64,000 nucleotides of DNA from Smithella sp. GTDB lineage: Bacteria > Desulfobacterota > Syntrophia > Syntrophales > Smithellaceae. The stretch is taken from contig JAGOMJ010000006.1 in assembly GCA_017993615.1 (NCBI GenBank), positions 1,128-65,127 of the forward strand, written 5' to 3'. The translations under genes and the position numbers were made by a program. The notes under the pieces were generated by a model. It worked only from the letters and a program-made list of their open reading frames with translations, made no database searches and was not told the DNA's origin. Shown piece by piece: positions 25,636-35,711 of this stretch (positions are counted from its first letter, which is position 1; each line of letters begins with the position of its first letter).

Positions 25636-26760
25636 ATGCATTTGAAGAATCTTGTCAGCTTCATTGAAAAAAAAGAATCCCGACGCAACACAGTCAAGTT
25701 TATATTCCTGATTTCACTTACAGCGATCATCGCTTTTTCATTGATGTCCTGCAAGAAAGAAAAGATCGTGGAGAAAGAGGTCTTAACCAACGTCCGTGTT
25801 TCGACGTCGGTCAAGAAAAACATCCGGCCTTATATTGAGACAACAGGAACCTTGACGGCGGACGAAGAAGTCACGGTCAGTTCGGAAGTGGACGGCATTG
25901 TCAGAAGCGTCAGGGTGGAAGAAGGGTCTGCCGTGGGCAAAGGCACTCTGCTGGCTGAAGTCAACGATATTGATTATGCGCTGGATGAAAAAAGAGCGCA
26001 GGCGGCTCTGAAACAGGCCCAGGCCAATCTGACCAATGTCAAAGCCGAATTTCAGAGAAAGGAAGCTCTCTTTAAGGAAGAACTCATTACCCAGCAGCAA
26101 TTTGATGACATCTCCACCCGGGTTGCGCTGGCGGAGGCTGACCTGGCCAAAGCAAAAGCGACTCTGGATACGGCCCGGGAAAGGCTGGCCCGAACAAAGA
26201 TATACTCGCCTCTGCGTGCAATGGTGAAGGAAAAAAGAGTCTCTGTCGGAGACTATGTGCGTACCAGTATGCCGTTATTTCAGTTAATCAAGGTCGACCG
26301 GCTGAAATTGAATTTCACCGTCGGCGAGAAAGAACTGGCCGATTTAAAGACCAGCCAGGAAGTTGATTTTACCGTTGATTCGTTTCCCGGCAGAAAATTC
26401 AAGGGCACGGTACATCTGCTTTACCCCCATCTGGAAGAACGAACCAGAACGCTGCAGGCGGAAGCGGTTGTTGTCAATGCCGAGAATTTACTGAAACCGG
26501 GGTTGTTCGCCAGAGCCACCATTTACACGGGAGCGTTGCGCGAGGTTGTTGTCGCTCCTCTGACATCCTTGCTGTATGACGACGCCACCGTCAGTCTTTT
26601 CGTCGTGGAAGGCAACACGGCACGATCCCGAACGGTTAAAACAGGCCGGAAATACGGAGAAGATATTGAAATCATCGAAGGCCTGAATGAAAAAGAACAG
26701 GTTGTGGTGGTCGGTCAGAACAATTTGTCGGACGGAGTAAAGGTTCATGTGGCTCGCTGA
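25636..26760 (+). CDS. RND efflux periplasmic adaptor (membrane fusion protein)
   Basis: Lipobox-like LMSC, then beta-barrel/lipoyl/coiled-coil layout (GTLTADEEVTVSSEVDGIV..., coiled-coil AQAALKQAQANL..., IYSPLRAMV). The stop overlaps the RND start. Confidence 0.9.
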   Translation: MHLKNLVSFIEKKESRRNTVKFIFLISLTAIIAFSLMSCKKEKIVEKEVLTNVRVSTSVKKNIRPYIETTGTLTADEEVTVSSEVDGIVRSVRVEEGSAVGKGTLLAEVNDIDYALDEKRAQAALKQAQANLTNVKAEFQRKEALFKEELITQQQFDDISTRVALAEADLAKAKATLDTARERLARTKIYSPLRAMVKEKRVSVGDYVRTSMPLFQLIKVDRLKLNFTVGEKELADLKTSQEVDFTVDSFPGRKFKGTVHLLYPHLEERTRTLQAEAVVVNAENLLKPGLFARATIYTGALREVVVAPLTSLLYDDATVSLFVVEGNTARSRTVKTGRKYGEDIEIIEGLNEKEQVVVVGQNNLSDGVKVHVAR

Positions 26761-29700
26761 TACATCCGTCAAACGTCCTGTTTTTGCCACCATGGTCATC
26801 ATGGCTCTGGTGGTGCTGGGCATTGTGAGTTACCCCAGCATCGGCGTCGATTTATTCCCCAAAGTGGATTTCCCCATTGTCACCATTACCACTACGCTCA
26901 AAGGTGCCAGTCCCGATGTCATGGATGTTGATGTGGCCGACAGAATTGAAGGGGCCGTCAACACCATCAACGGCGTTAAGACCATAACGTCCACCAGCAC
27001 GGAAAGCGTTTCGCGCACCATCGTGGAATTTGTGCTGGAAAGAGATATCGATCAGGCAGTCCAGGACGTCCGTGAAAAAGTATCCACCATCCGCAGCAAA
27101 TTACCGGACGACATCGAAGAACCGCGCATTGCCAAAGTCGATCCCGACTCCCAGCCGATTTTATACATGAACCTGACGGGCGAGAAGTCAATACGCGATC
27201 TTTCCACCTACGTCGATGAAGTATTGAAGGAACAACTGCAGCGGATCAATGAGGTCGGTGACGTGACTTTTAACGGGTTGCGGCTCAGACAGGTGCGCAT
27301 CTGGCTGGATGCCGCAAAAATGCGGGCGTACGAAGTTTCGCCCTCCGACGTCGTTGTCGCCCTGAAACGTGAAAATGTCGAACTGCCGGGCGGCCGGATC
27401 GAGACACAGACCAAGGAATATACCGTCCGGATCAAAGGCGAGTTTCCCAGCATTCCGGACTTTAACGATCTGATCGTCAGTTATTACAAAGGCGCGCCGG
27501 TGAAAATAAAAGATATCGGCAGAGCGGAAGACGGTACGGAGGAAAAAAGATCGCTGGCGCGTTTTAACGGCATCCCGGCCGTGGGAATCGGAATCCAGAA
27601 ACAATCGGGAACCAATACGGTGGCCGTCGCTGCGCGGGTCAAGAAAGAAGTGGAAAGGATCAATCAAACATTGCCGCCCGGCATGAAGATCAACATTGCC
27701 ATGGATCAATCCGTTTTTATCGTCCGATCCATCGATGAAGTGCAGAAGCATTTAATTCTCGGCAGTCTCTTTGCCGTTCTGGCCGTTTTTCTTTTTCTCA
27801 AGAACATACGCACAACCCTGATTAGCGCCGTTGCCCTGCCGGTCTCCGTGATTTCCACTTTTGCGTTAATCAACGCATTCGGCTTTACCTTCAACAATAT
27901 GACGATGCTGGCGCTGTCGCTTTCAGTGGGTCTTCTGATCGATGACGCCATTATTGTCATCGAAAATATTTACCGGCATGTGGAAGAAGGAATGGGTCCC
28001 GTGGAAGCAGCCAAATTCGCCACATCGGAAATCGGTCTGGCCGTCATGGCCACGACCCTGGCGATTGTCGCCATTTTCCTGCCGGTGGCCTTCATGAAAG
28101 GCCTGATCGGCCGGTTTTTCCTGCAATTCGCCCTGACTATCGTCTTTGCCGTTCTGGTATCCCTGCTCGTTTCCTTTACCCTGACGCCGATGATGGCCTC
28201 GATTTTTCTCAAACCGCACAATGCCCCGCCCCCGAAAGGCAACGTCATCACCCGCTGGTCCTTTTGGAAAAAAGCCGGCGATTTTCTGGAAAAAAATTAT
28301 AAGCGACTGGAAACGTTCTACGGCCGCGTGCTGAAATTTTCGCTCCGGCACAGGGCGGCAATGCTTTTTGCAACGCTGATGGTTTTCATGTTCAGCATTT
28401 TCATTATGATATTCGGCCTCGGCAAGGAATTTCTGCCGCCCGAAGACCAGGGCAATTTTATCATTCGCCTGGAGGCGCCCATCGATTATTCCGTGGAACA
28501 GGTGGAAAAGTACTTCAGGCCGGCTGAAAAAATGGTCCGCGACATTCCGGAGATTAAATCGGTCTTCTACGTTCAGGGCTATCAGGGATACGCCAACCGC
28601 GGCATTATGATCGTCGGGTTAATTCCCAAGGCGGACCGTGAAAAAAGCCAGGAAGATATCAAAAAAATTGTCCGCATGAACCTCAAACAAATTCCCGGAC
28701 TGAAGGTGTCGGCGGAAGATGTTTCGCTGGTCGGCGGCGGCATCAGACAGGTGCCGATTCAGTACAGCATCCGCGGACAGGATTTAAACGAATTGCAGAA
28801 GTACGCCCGGCAGATCACCACGGAATTCGCCAAACGACCGGGAATTGTGGACGTGGATACCTCCCTGGAAGCGGGGAAACCGGAATTCAAGGTTTATATC
28901 GACCGCGACAAGGCGGCGGATCTGGGTGTGGATGTGGCCACGATCGCTGAAGCCATCAATTTGCTGGTGGGCGGAGAACTGGACATCGCCAGGTATAAGG
29001 ACGAGAAGAAGGGCAAACGCTATGATATCCGGGTAAGGCTCAACGCCGAGGATCGGGAAAGTTCCGAAGCCATGCAGAAGATTTATGTGCGCGCCCGCGA
29101 CGGAAAGCTGGTGGAACTGAGCAATGTGGTGAGAATCGCCGAAGGCACGGGCCCCAGCGTCATTAACCGCGCGGACCGTCAGCGGGCAATCACCATTTTT
29201 GCCTCTCTGGAAGGAAAACCACTGGGCGAAGCCCGAAACGAGCTGGATGAAATCGCCGGACGGATTCTGCCGGCGGATTACGTGCCGAAGTATTACGGCA
29301 TGGCCGAGGTTATGCAGGAATCTTTCATCTTCCTGCTCTTTGCCCTGATTCTGGGTATTATCATGGCGTACATGATTCTGGCTTCACAATTTGAAAGCTT
29401 CATTCATCCGGCAACGGTTTTGCTTTCCATGCCGCTGTCATTCATCGGAGCATTCGGCGCTTTGTTTCTCACGGGAAAAACGCTCAATATCTTCAGCCTC
29501 ATCGGTCTGATTCTTCTGATGGGACTGGTGAAGAAAAATGCCATTTTGCTGGTGGATTACACCAATGTTCTGCGGGAACGGGGCATGTCGCGCCGCGACG
29601 CCATCTTGCAGGCCGGACCGGTACGAATGCGGCCGATTCTCATGACCACCTTTGCCATGATTTTCGGCATGCTGCCGATCGCGTTTGCTGTTGGGGAAGG

Positions 29701-29854
29701 CGCGGAAACCCGCGCTCCGATGGGCATCGCGGTTATCGGCGGCCTTTTGACGTCTCTGATTCTGACGCTGGTTGTCGTGCCCGCTGCCTACGACATATTC
29801 GATGACTGGCAGGAGTATTTTAAGAAACGACGAGCAAAAAAAACGATTGATTGA
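26747..29854 (+). CDS. RND efflux transporter permease (AcrB/HAE-type)
   Basis: 1035 aa with a canonical RND sequence. Last core gene of the tetR-tolC-tolC-MFP-RND operon. Confidence 0.95.
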   Translation: MWLADTSVKRPVFATMVIMALVVLGIVSYPSIGVDLFPKVDFPIVTITTTLKGASPDVMDVDVADRIEGAVNTINGVKTITSTSTESVSRTIVEFVLERDIDQAVQDVREKVSTIRSKLPDDIEEPRIAKVDPDSQPILYMNLTGEKSIRDLSTYVDEVLKEQLQRINEVGDVTFNGLRLRQVRIWLDAAKMRAYEVSPSDVVVALKRENVELPGGRIETQTKEYTVRIKGEFPSIPDFNDLIVSYYKGAPVKIKDIGRAEDGTEEKRSLARFNGIPAVGIGIQKQSGTNTVAVAARVKKEVERINQTLPPGMKINIAMDQSVFIVRSIDEVQKHLILGSLFAVLAVFLFLKNIRTTLISAVALPVSVISTFALINAFGFTFNNMTMLALSLSVGLLIDDAIIVIENIYRHVEEGMGPVEAAKFATSEIGLAVMATTLAIVAIFLPVAFMKGLIGRFFLQFALTIVFAVLVSLLVSFTLTPMMASIFLKPHNAPPPKGNVITRWSFWKKAGDFLEKNYKRLETFYGRVLKFSLRHRAAMLFATLMVFMFSIFIMIFGLGKEFLPPEDQGNFIIRLEAPIDYSVEQVEKYFRPAEKMVRDIPEIKSVFYVQGYQGYANRGIMIVGLIPKADREKSQEDIKKIVRMNLKQIPGLKVSAEDVSLVGGGIRQVPIQYSIRGQDLNELQKYARQITTEFAKRPGIVDVDTSLEAGKPEFKVYIDRDKAADLGVDVATIAEAINLLVGGELDIARYKDEKKGKRYDIRVRLNAEDRESSEAMQKIYVRARDGKLVELSNVVRIAEGTGPSVINRADRQRAITIFASLEGKPLGEARNELDEIAGRILPADYVPKYYGMAEVMQESFIFLLFALILGIIMAYMILASQFESFIHPATVLLSMPLSFIGAFGALFLTGKTLNIFSLIGLILLMGLVKKNAILLVDYTNVLRERGMSRRDAILQAGPVRMRPILMTTFAMIFGMLPIAFAVGEGAETRAPMGIAVIGGLLTSLILTLVVVPAAYDIFDDWQEYFKKRRAKKTID

Positions 29855-29895
29855 TCAATGTTTCCAAATACCTTTTCCACCAAGAGGTGACGATC

Positions 29896-30189
29896 ATGAA
29901 AATGTTCTACGTGATTTATGCGGAAGCGGCGGATGACGATATTATTGCCGCCTTTAAAAAAACAGGATTCAGGGCATACACCAAGATCAGTGGATTGATG
30001 GGCGAAGGAGAAGAAACCGAACCGAAACTGGGCACGCATTACTGGCCCGGGAATAATAACGCCCTGATGCTGGCCGTCAGTGACGACAAAATAAAACCGC
30101 TTTGTGAACTCGTCAGAAACCTGAAGGTTGAGCATCCGCGCGCCGGTTTGAGGGCGTTTACTTTTCCACTGGAGGAGGAGTGCGTTTAA
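29896..30189 (+). CDS. Small P-II-like, RND-transporter-associated protein (PG0541-like, tentative)
   Basis: Trimmed to ATG 29896. The 97-aa product (MKMFYVIYAEAADDDIIAAFKKTGFRAYTKISGLMGEGE...) has a beta-alpha-beta pattern and sits directly after an RND gene, as described for the PG0541-type transporter-associated family. Assigned from memory, not from a search. Confidence 0.45.
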   Translation: MKMFYVIYAEAADDDIIAAFKKTGFRAYTKISGLMGEGEETEPKLGTHYWPGNNNALMLAVSDDKIKPLCELVRNLKVEHPRAGLRAFTFPLEEECV

Positions 30190-30382
30190 GTCCTGCTGTG
30201 CCCACCCAGGGCGGACAATCGCCGTTTTATTCAGAAGCATCCTCCGACTCACTGCCGGACATGGATTGTCTGCCGCCAGTGTCAAATTGACGAATTAAAA
30301 AAAATGTGCAAGATTGCGTCTAACAAAAACGTCTTCACGAATTTCTGGACAACGATTCATCACGGGAAAGGAGAAAGCAAAT

Positions 30383-31258
30383 ATGCCGGATGCGGACGGA
30401 ATCAAAGAAGCCAAAATGTTTCATTGCGACATGCCTCAGGAAACACAGGGTTTTTTTCTCAAGGGATCGAGCTCGCTGGATTGGGGAATGAAAAACAGAC
30501 TTTCCCGGATATTCAATCCGAAATCAGGCCGCACAGTCATGCTGGCCATTGACCACGGTTATTTCCAGGGACCGACCACCGGACTGGAACGGGTGGATAT
30601 CAACATTCTTCCCCTGGCGCCTTACGCGGACACGCTCATGCTGACCCGGGGCATCCTGCGCAGTATTATCCCGCCGTCGTTAACCCAGGCCGTGGTTCTG
30701 CGGGTTTCCGGCGGCGCCAGCATTCTCAAGGAGCTCTCTAATGAAGAAATCGCTGTGGATATCGAAGATTCCATCCGTCTGAATGTCTGCGCTATGGCAG
30801 TGCAGGTTTTCATCGGCGGCGAATTCGAAAGGCAGTCCATCATCAACATGACCAAGATGGTCGATATCGGCAACCGGTACGGCATTCCGACGCTCGCAGT
30901 GACGGCCGTCGGCAAGGATATGGCCCGCGACGCCAAATACTTCCGGCTGGCCTGCCGGATCTGCGCGGAACTCGGTGCGCACTATATCAAAACCTATTAC
31001 GTGGAAAAAGATTTTGAAACCGTAACGTCTTCCTGCCCGGTGCCGATTGTCATGGCCGGAGGCAAAAAGATTCCGGAACTGGAAGCCCTGACCATGGCTT
31101 ACAACGCCGTGCAAAAAGGAGCCGCCGGTGTGGACATGGGACGCAATATCTTCCAGTCGGATGCGCCGATTGCCATGATCCAGGCGGTGCGCGCCGTTGT
31201 CCATGACAACGAAACGCCAAAAAAAGCTTTCGATCTCTACAAGAGTTTGAAAAGATAA
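30383..31258 (+). CDS. lsrF: LsrF-like class I aldolase-fold enzyme (3-hydroxy-5-phosphonooxypentane-2,4-dione thiolase / DhnA family)
   Basis: Trimmed to ATG 30383, after GGAGAAAG. Long colinear matches to my recollection of E. coli LsrF: [85 protein letters not shown] and AVVH.NET. Confidence 0.75.
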   Translation: MPDADGIKEAKMFHCDMPQETQGFFLKGSSSLDWGMKNRLSRIFNPKSGRTVMLAIDHGYFQGPTTGLERVDINILPLAPYADTLMLTRGILRSIIPPSLTQAVVLRVSGGASILKELSNEEIAVDIEDSIRLNVCAMAVQVFIGGEFERQSIINMTKMVDIGNRYGIPTLAVTAVGKDMARDAKYFRLACRICAELGAHYIKTYYVEKDFETVTSSCPVPIVMAGGKKIPELEALTMAYNAVQKGAAGVDMGRNIFQSDAPIAMIQAVRAVVHDNETPKKAFDLYKSLKR

Positions 31259-31281
31259 AAAAATAAAACATTAAGCAAACT

Positions 31282-31337
31282 CCCGCGAGCTTGATGCTCG
31301 CGGGCTAATGTCCCATCCCGATATTATCGGGGTGGGA
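31282..31337 (+). terminator. Two tandem GC-rich hairpins downstream of the LsrF-like gene
   Basis: CCCGCGAGC-ttgat-GCTCGCGGG (31282-31304) and TCCCATCCCG-atattat-CGGGGTGGGA (31311-31337, one G-U pair). Neither has a strong U-tract. Confidence 0.45.
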
Positions 31338-31406
31338 TAATTCGACCCGCAAACTTTCAGTCGTTGCACTTTTAAAGTTTGAGTTTCACGACAACCAACA
31401 AAAACG

Positions 31407-32447
31407 ATGATCATAAAGAACATGAAAGTCGCGTACTGGTACAACAATCAAGATATCCGCATTGAAGACATTCCGACGCCTAAACCGGGGGCGAAGGAAA
31501 TGCTGGTGAAGGTCATGTCCTGCGGCATTTGTGGCAGCGACATTGTCGAATGGTACCGGCTGCCGCGAGCGCCGCTCATTCAGGGACACGAAATAGGCGC
31601 GCAAGTTGTCAGCACCGGTAAGTCCATTACAAAATATAAACCCGGCGACCGCGTTTTTATCGCCCCGAAAGTACCCTGCATGACCTGTCATTACTGCCGC
31701 AACGGGCACTACCCGCAGTGTGCCGAGATCAAAGAAAGGCTGCCCGGCGGTTTTGCCGAATACATCCTTGTTCCGGAGATTTTAATAAAAAATGGAACAT
31801 ATCTGCTGCCCGACAGCATTGATTATGACCAAAGCACCTTCATTGAGCCGCTGGCCTGCGTTGTCAGAGCGCAACGGCTGGCCCGCGTAAAAAAAGGACA
31901 GACGGTTCTGGTAATCGGCTGCGGCATGTCCGGCCTGCTCAACGTAAAACTGGCCGTCACCAAAGGCTGCCGGATCATCGCCTCCGACATTAACCGCAAG
32001 AAACTCGATATCGCCCTGGAAATGGGAGCCCATATTGCTATCAACGCAGCCGATGATATTTCAAAACGGTTGGTAGATCAGACCGGCAGAAAGGCCGATA
32101 TTGTTTTTCTGTGTGCTTCCGCCGATGCGGCGGTGGAACAGGCATGGCAATGCGTTGACAAAGGCGGCGTCATCGTTTTGTTCGCCGTCCCCGCACCGGA
32201 TAAAAAAGTGGTTGTACCGGTCAACGACTTCTGGATGAAGGAAATTGCCATCCTGACGTCGTATTACTGCGGTCCTTCTGACATTATTGAAGCAATGAAA
32301 CTGATAGAGTGGCATCATGTCGCCATCGATGATCTGATCACGCACCGGTTGCCGCTGACGGAGATCGTAAAGGGCTTTCAACTGGTTGCCGACGGCAGGG
32401 AATCCATCAAAGTCATCATTAAACCGCAGGAGCAGGCGGCCCTTTAA
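31407..32447 (+). CDS. Zinc-dependent medium-chain alcohol/polyol dehydrogenase
   Basis: MSCGICGSD..., GHE.GAQVV, structural-Zn Cys cluster CMTCHYCRNGHYPQC and Rossmann motif VLVIGCGMSGL. Confidence 0.85.
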   Translation: MIIKNMKVAYWYNNQDIRIEDIPTPKPGAKEMLVKVMSCGICGSDIVEWYRLPRAPLIQGHEIGAQVVSTGKSITKYKPGDRVFIAPKVPCMTCHYCRNGHYPQCAEIKERLPGGFAEYILVPEILIKNGTYLLPDSIDYDQSTFIEPLACVVRAQRLARVKKGQTVLVIGCGMSGLLNVKLAVTKGCRIIASDINRKKLDIALEMGAHIAINAADDISKRLVDQTGRKADIVFLCASADAAVEQAWQCVDKGGVIVLFAVPAPDKKVVVPVNDFWMKEIAILTSYYCGPSDIIEAMKLIEWHHVAIDDLITHRLPLTEIVKGFQLVADGRESIKVIIKPQEQAAL

Positions 32448-32453
32448 TGTCCA

Positions 32454-33140
32454 TTAACGGACCATGACATCCTTAATGGTCTGCGCTACCTTTTGGTCCT
32501 CAAAAAGCTTTTCAATGGTATCGGACAGAACCTTGTCCGCCTGCTGTCCGAGAATATTTTCGGAAAACAAAATATGTTCCCGGCTGTAAGAACTCTTCAC
32601 CCGCGTTTTGTACAGTATCCTGCCTTGGCCCATATCCGCGATAACGACGGCCAGCGTCATCGTCGTATCGTAGGAATTCGTCAGTTTTCCTTTCCGGCAG
32701 ATGATTTCCAGTTCTTCTATATTACCACCGATCAGAATTTTGGCCTTGCCCATCGGCATTTTATCTTCTTTCAAATTCCACGGTTCATTGATTTCGGTAA
32801 TTTTATACCCGGCTTTTTTCAAATATTGCTTTATCCCGTTCGCAACAGCCCTCGTTGCTCTGACATTGCGGGGGAACACCAGGGTTTTTTCGCCGCTGTT
32901 TTGAATCACGCGGCCGATGACCAGCGGGTCGTCAATCTGACGTGTATCGGCAAATTCGGAAACGGCCACAACAGCGTCGGATGTCTGCCCGTCATTTTTC
33001 ACATACGCGGGGATCACCGATTGCTCTGCGTCATAATACATACCGACACTGTAGAGTCTGGGTCCGGCGCAGCCGGATAGACAAAAAACAGAAAAAATCA
33101 TTACGACGGCGAAAAGACGATATATCGGCTTAAGATTCAT
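32454..33140 (-). CDS. Lipoprotein, unknown function
   Basis: Trimmed to ATG 33140, after GGGAG. The signal peptide has the lipobox FCLSGC. No family recognised. Confidence 0.55.
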   Translation of the reverse strand: MNLKPIYRLFAVVMIFSVFCLSGCAGPRLYSVGMYYDAEQSVIPAYVKNDGQTSDAVVAVSEFADTRQIDDPLVIGRVIQNSGEKTLVFPRNVRATRAVANGIKQYLKKAGYKITEINEPWNLKEDKMPMGKAKILIGGNIEELEIICRKGKLTNSYDTTMTLAVVIADMGQGRILYKTRVKSSYSREHILFSENILGQQADKVLSDTIEKLFEDQKVAQTIKDVMVR

Positions 33141-33304
33141 AAACACTCCCTTCATTATGATCAATCAGGATCATAAACCCTGACTTTTTTCTTTTTATTT
33201 TTGAAAGATATATAATATAATTATAAAAGTTTAGCAAAGTAAAAGATGGGAAGCATTGACAACCTTAACCGATTTTTTAACTCAAAAAATTTAAGGAGGG
33301 CATT

Positions 33305-33958
33305 ATGACAGAAGCAACCCAGCAAGCTTTAACCGGCCTGAGAGATCTTTCCATGATCAAATGGTATGTAATTCCTCTTTTGGCTATCGTCTTTTACATT
33401 TACACCAAGGAAATCAAAGATGCACGACAAAACGGAGACTGGAATGCGGTTCTCGCCGGCCTGACTATTTTCGGCGTGGATTTCTTCAACGAAACATGGA
33501 ACGGCTGGGTCATGTACCTGACGCAGCGCTCCGCTTTCTGGACAACCCCCGGCGATACCGCCTTGCGGACACTGGTCGGATGGAACATCGAAATTATGTT
33601 CATGTTCTTAATCATCGGAATTATTTTCTATCATACGTTATCCGAAAGCAAAAAAGATAAAATCCTGGGGCTGCCTGAAAAATGGTTCTGGGCAATCAGC
33701 TACAGCATCTTTTGCGTTTTTGTCGAATGCCTGCTCAACATCGGAGGCCATCTGGTCTGGGAATATCCTTTCTGGTATCTGTCCTTTAAAGGCGTCTGGC
33801 TCATTTTTCTGATCGGCTATTTCCACTTTTTCTGCTTTGCCATTCTGGTCATCAGCCTGAAATCCATAAAGGCCAAACTGACGACCGTTGGCATCATCTA
33901 CGCCGCGCCGATTATTATGAACGTACTGGCATTTGGATTCTGGGGGTGGAATTATTAG
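33305..33958 (+). CDS. Polytopic membrane protein, unknown function
   Basis: 217 aa with AAGGAGG upstream and about six hydrophobic, Trp/Phe-rich helices. No family recognised. Confidence 0.5.
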   Translation: MTEATQQALTGLRDLSMIKWYVIPLLAIVFYIYTKEIKDARQNGDWNAVLAGLTIFGVDFFNETWNGWVMYLTQRSAFWTTPGDTALRTLVGWNIEIMFMFLIIGIIFYHTLSESKKDKILGLPEKWFWAISYSIFCVFVECLLNIGGHLVWEYPFWYLSFKGVWLIFLIGYFHFFCFAILVISLKSIKAKLTTVGIIYAAPIIMNVLAFGFWGWNY

Positions 33959-33961
33959 CCG

Positions 33962-34498
33962 CTAAAGCCCGGAATAGTCGTCATAAATTTTATTATATTT
34001 TTCGTGAATCATTTTGCGGTCGAATTCCCAGAATTCGTCAAGCATCTTGGTTTGCTCTTCCTTGTTGAAGTATTCCTGACAGGGATAAAAGAAGTGTTTG
34101 TCTTCCTTTTCGATATGCTTGGGATAAAAATTGCCCAGTTGTCTTGCCGTATCAATCAGGCGGAATAATTCGGCCTGATTGCCCTGCAAATATTTATTTT
34201 TTGCCTCCACCAGCGCAGCCGTTGTCTTTCTGCCCCAGACATGTTCGTCAAGCAGTTCCTGCATGATGTTCTTCAAATCGGCAGGAAGATCTTTTTTTGC
34301 CAGATCCCGGAAAAGAATCTCTTCTTCCTTGCCGTGATGCGTTCGGTCGGCATAGACACGGATAAAATCAACGGCCATATCAATAACCAGCGGATTCACC
34401 TTCCGGGTCTTTTCCACCTGATCCATATGGCGCATCATTGCAGTCAGCATTTTTTCGATTAACCGGTGTTCCCACATCAAAGGTCCGATGGGTTTCAT
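33962..34498 (-). CDS. Hemerythrin-like cation-binding domain protein
   Basis: Trimmed to ATG 34498, after AGGAGG. MKPIGPLMWEHRLIEKML, RTHHGKEEEILF and HIEKEDKHFF are the His/Glu-rich four-helix hemerythrin-like motifs. Confidence 0.75.
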   Translation of the reverse strand: MKPIGPLMWEHRLIEKMLTAMMRHMDQVEKTRKVNPLVIDMAVDFIRVYADRTHHGKEEEILFRDLAKKDLPADLKNIMQELLDEHVWGRKTTAALVEAKNKYLQGNQAELFRLIDTARQLGNFYPKHIEKEDKHFFYPCQEYFNKEEQTKMLDEFWEFDRKMIHEKYNKIYDDYSGL

Positions 34499-34766
34499 AG
34501 GTCTGCCTCCTTTTTTTGAACATGATATGTTTCTATATACCATAGAGGAGGATTTTTTTCATTGCCTTCTTATTCATGGGGCAATATATGTTGCATCACC
34601 ATTGCATTTCTGATAATTTTCAAAAACCAGGCTGGATACGAAAGAATTTGACGTCCCGGCAAAAAACCGCATATAAAAACGTCAGATTTCATTCGTCGCG
34701 TGTTTGATGAAAGGACACGACATAATTTATTTGCTATGATCAACCCTGCCCTGAGAAAGAAGATTG

Positions 34767-35711
34767 ATGATGCTTTTAAAAAGAACCCCGCTGTTGATCC
34801 TGCTTTGTTTGGTTTTAATCTTTTCCTGCCAGCAGGCCAAAGACCCCGGCCGGAATGACAAGAAACTCAATGTTATTGCCACAATTTTTCCCGTTTACGA
34901 TTTTGCGCGCCATATCGGCGGTGATAAAATCACCCTCGCCATGCTCTTGCCTCCGGGAACAGACGCGCATCATTACGAACTGAAGCCGGATGATATCATC
35001 AAAGTCACCAACGCGGATGTTTTTCTCTTTACGAATTTTGAATTGGAGCAGTGGGCCTATAAAATCATCGGCGCCTCCGATAAAAACACCCGTCTGCAGG
35101 CGGTGGAAACCGGGAACGGCGCCATGATGCTGAGGCTGAACAAGGAAGAAGACGATCATGAGGCACATCCTGCCGGTTTTGATCCGCATATCTGGCTGGA
35201 TATGGATAACGCTCAAAAAATGGTGGACAATATAACGAGTGCGTTTATTAAAAAAGATCCTCGCAACAGTGACTATTACTTGAAAAATGCCGGTGACTAC
35301 AAACGCCAGTTGGCGGACATGGATCAAAAATACCGGACAACACTGGCCGCCTGTAAAACGAGAACGGTTCTGCATGCGGGTCACTGGGCATTTGCCTATC
35401 TGACGTCACGATATCATCTGAAATACATTGCGGCCTATAATGTTTTCGCTGATGCAGAACCGGCACCGCAGAAAATCTTTGCCTTAATCGATCAGATCAA
35501 AAATGAAAACGTATCCCACGTCTATTATGAAGACATGATGAATCCGCGTCTGGCAAAAACCATTGCCCGAGAAACGGGCACCGGTCTGCTGAAACTCAAT
35601 AACGGACACGATGTCACCAGAACGGATCTGGAAAAAGGAGAAACCTTTCTTGCTTTAATGGAAAAAAATCTCGTGAATTTTCAAAAAGGATTACAATGTC
35701 CGGAGAAATAA
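34767..35711 (+). CDS. znuA: Metal (probably zinc) ABC transporter substrate-binding lipoprotein
   Basis: Lipobox LIFSC. ATIFPVYDF, DAHHYELKP and the acidic/His-rich loop EEDDHEAHPAGFDPHIWLD are typical of ZnuA/TroA cluster-9 binding proteins. TTG 34764 is an alternative start. Confidence 0.8.
   Translation: MMLLKRTPLLILLCLVLIFSCQQAKDPGRNDKKLNVIATIFPVYDFARHIGGDKITLAMLLPPGTDAHHYELKPDDIIKVTNADVFLFTNFELEQWAYKIIGASDKNTRLQAVETGNGAMMLRLNKEEDDHEAHPAGFDPHIWLDMDNAQKMVDNITSAFIKKDPRNSDYYLKNAGDYKRQLADMDQKYRTTLAACKTRTVLHAGHWAFAYLTSRYHLKYIAAYNVFADAEPAPQKIFALIDQIKNENVSHVYYEDMMNPRLAKTIARETGTGLLKLNNGHDVTRTDLEKGETFLALMEKNLVNFQKGLQCPEK

Noticed and set aside
30211-30277. Long-range inverted repeat GCGGACAATC...GATTGTCTGCCGCC after the P-II-like gene, as a possible operon terminator.
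   Set aside because: The stem is imperfect with bulges, the loop is about 43 nt and there is no U-tract. It is not convincing as an intrinsic terminator.
34611-34625. Fur/Zur-like box (TGATAATTTTCAAAA) upstream of znuA.
   Set aside because: Only one half-site (TGATAAT) matches and the partner half is not palindromic. It lies about 150 nt from the start codon. This is too weak to call.
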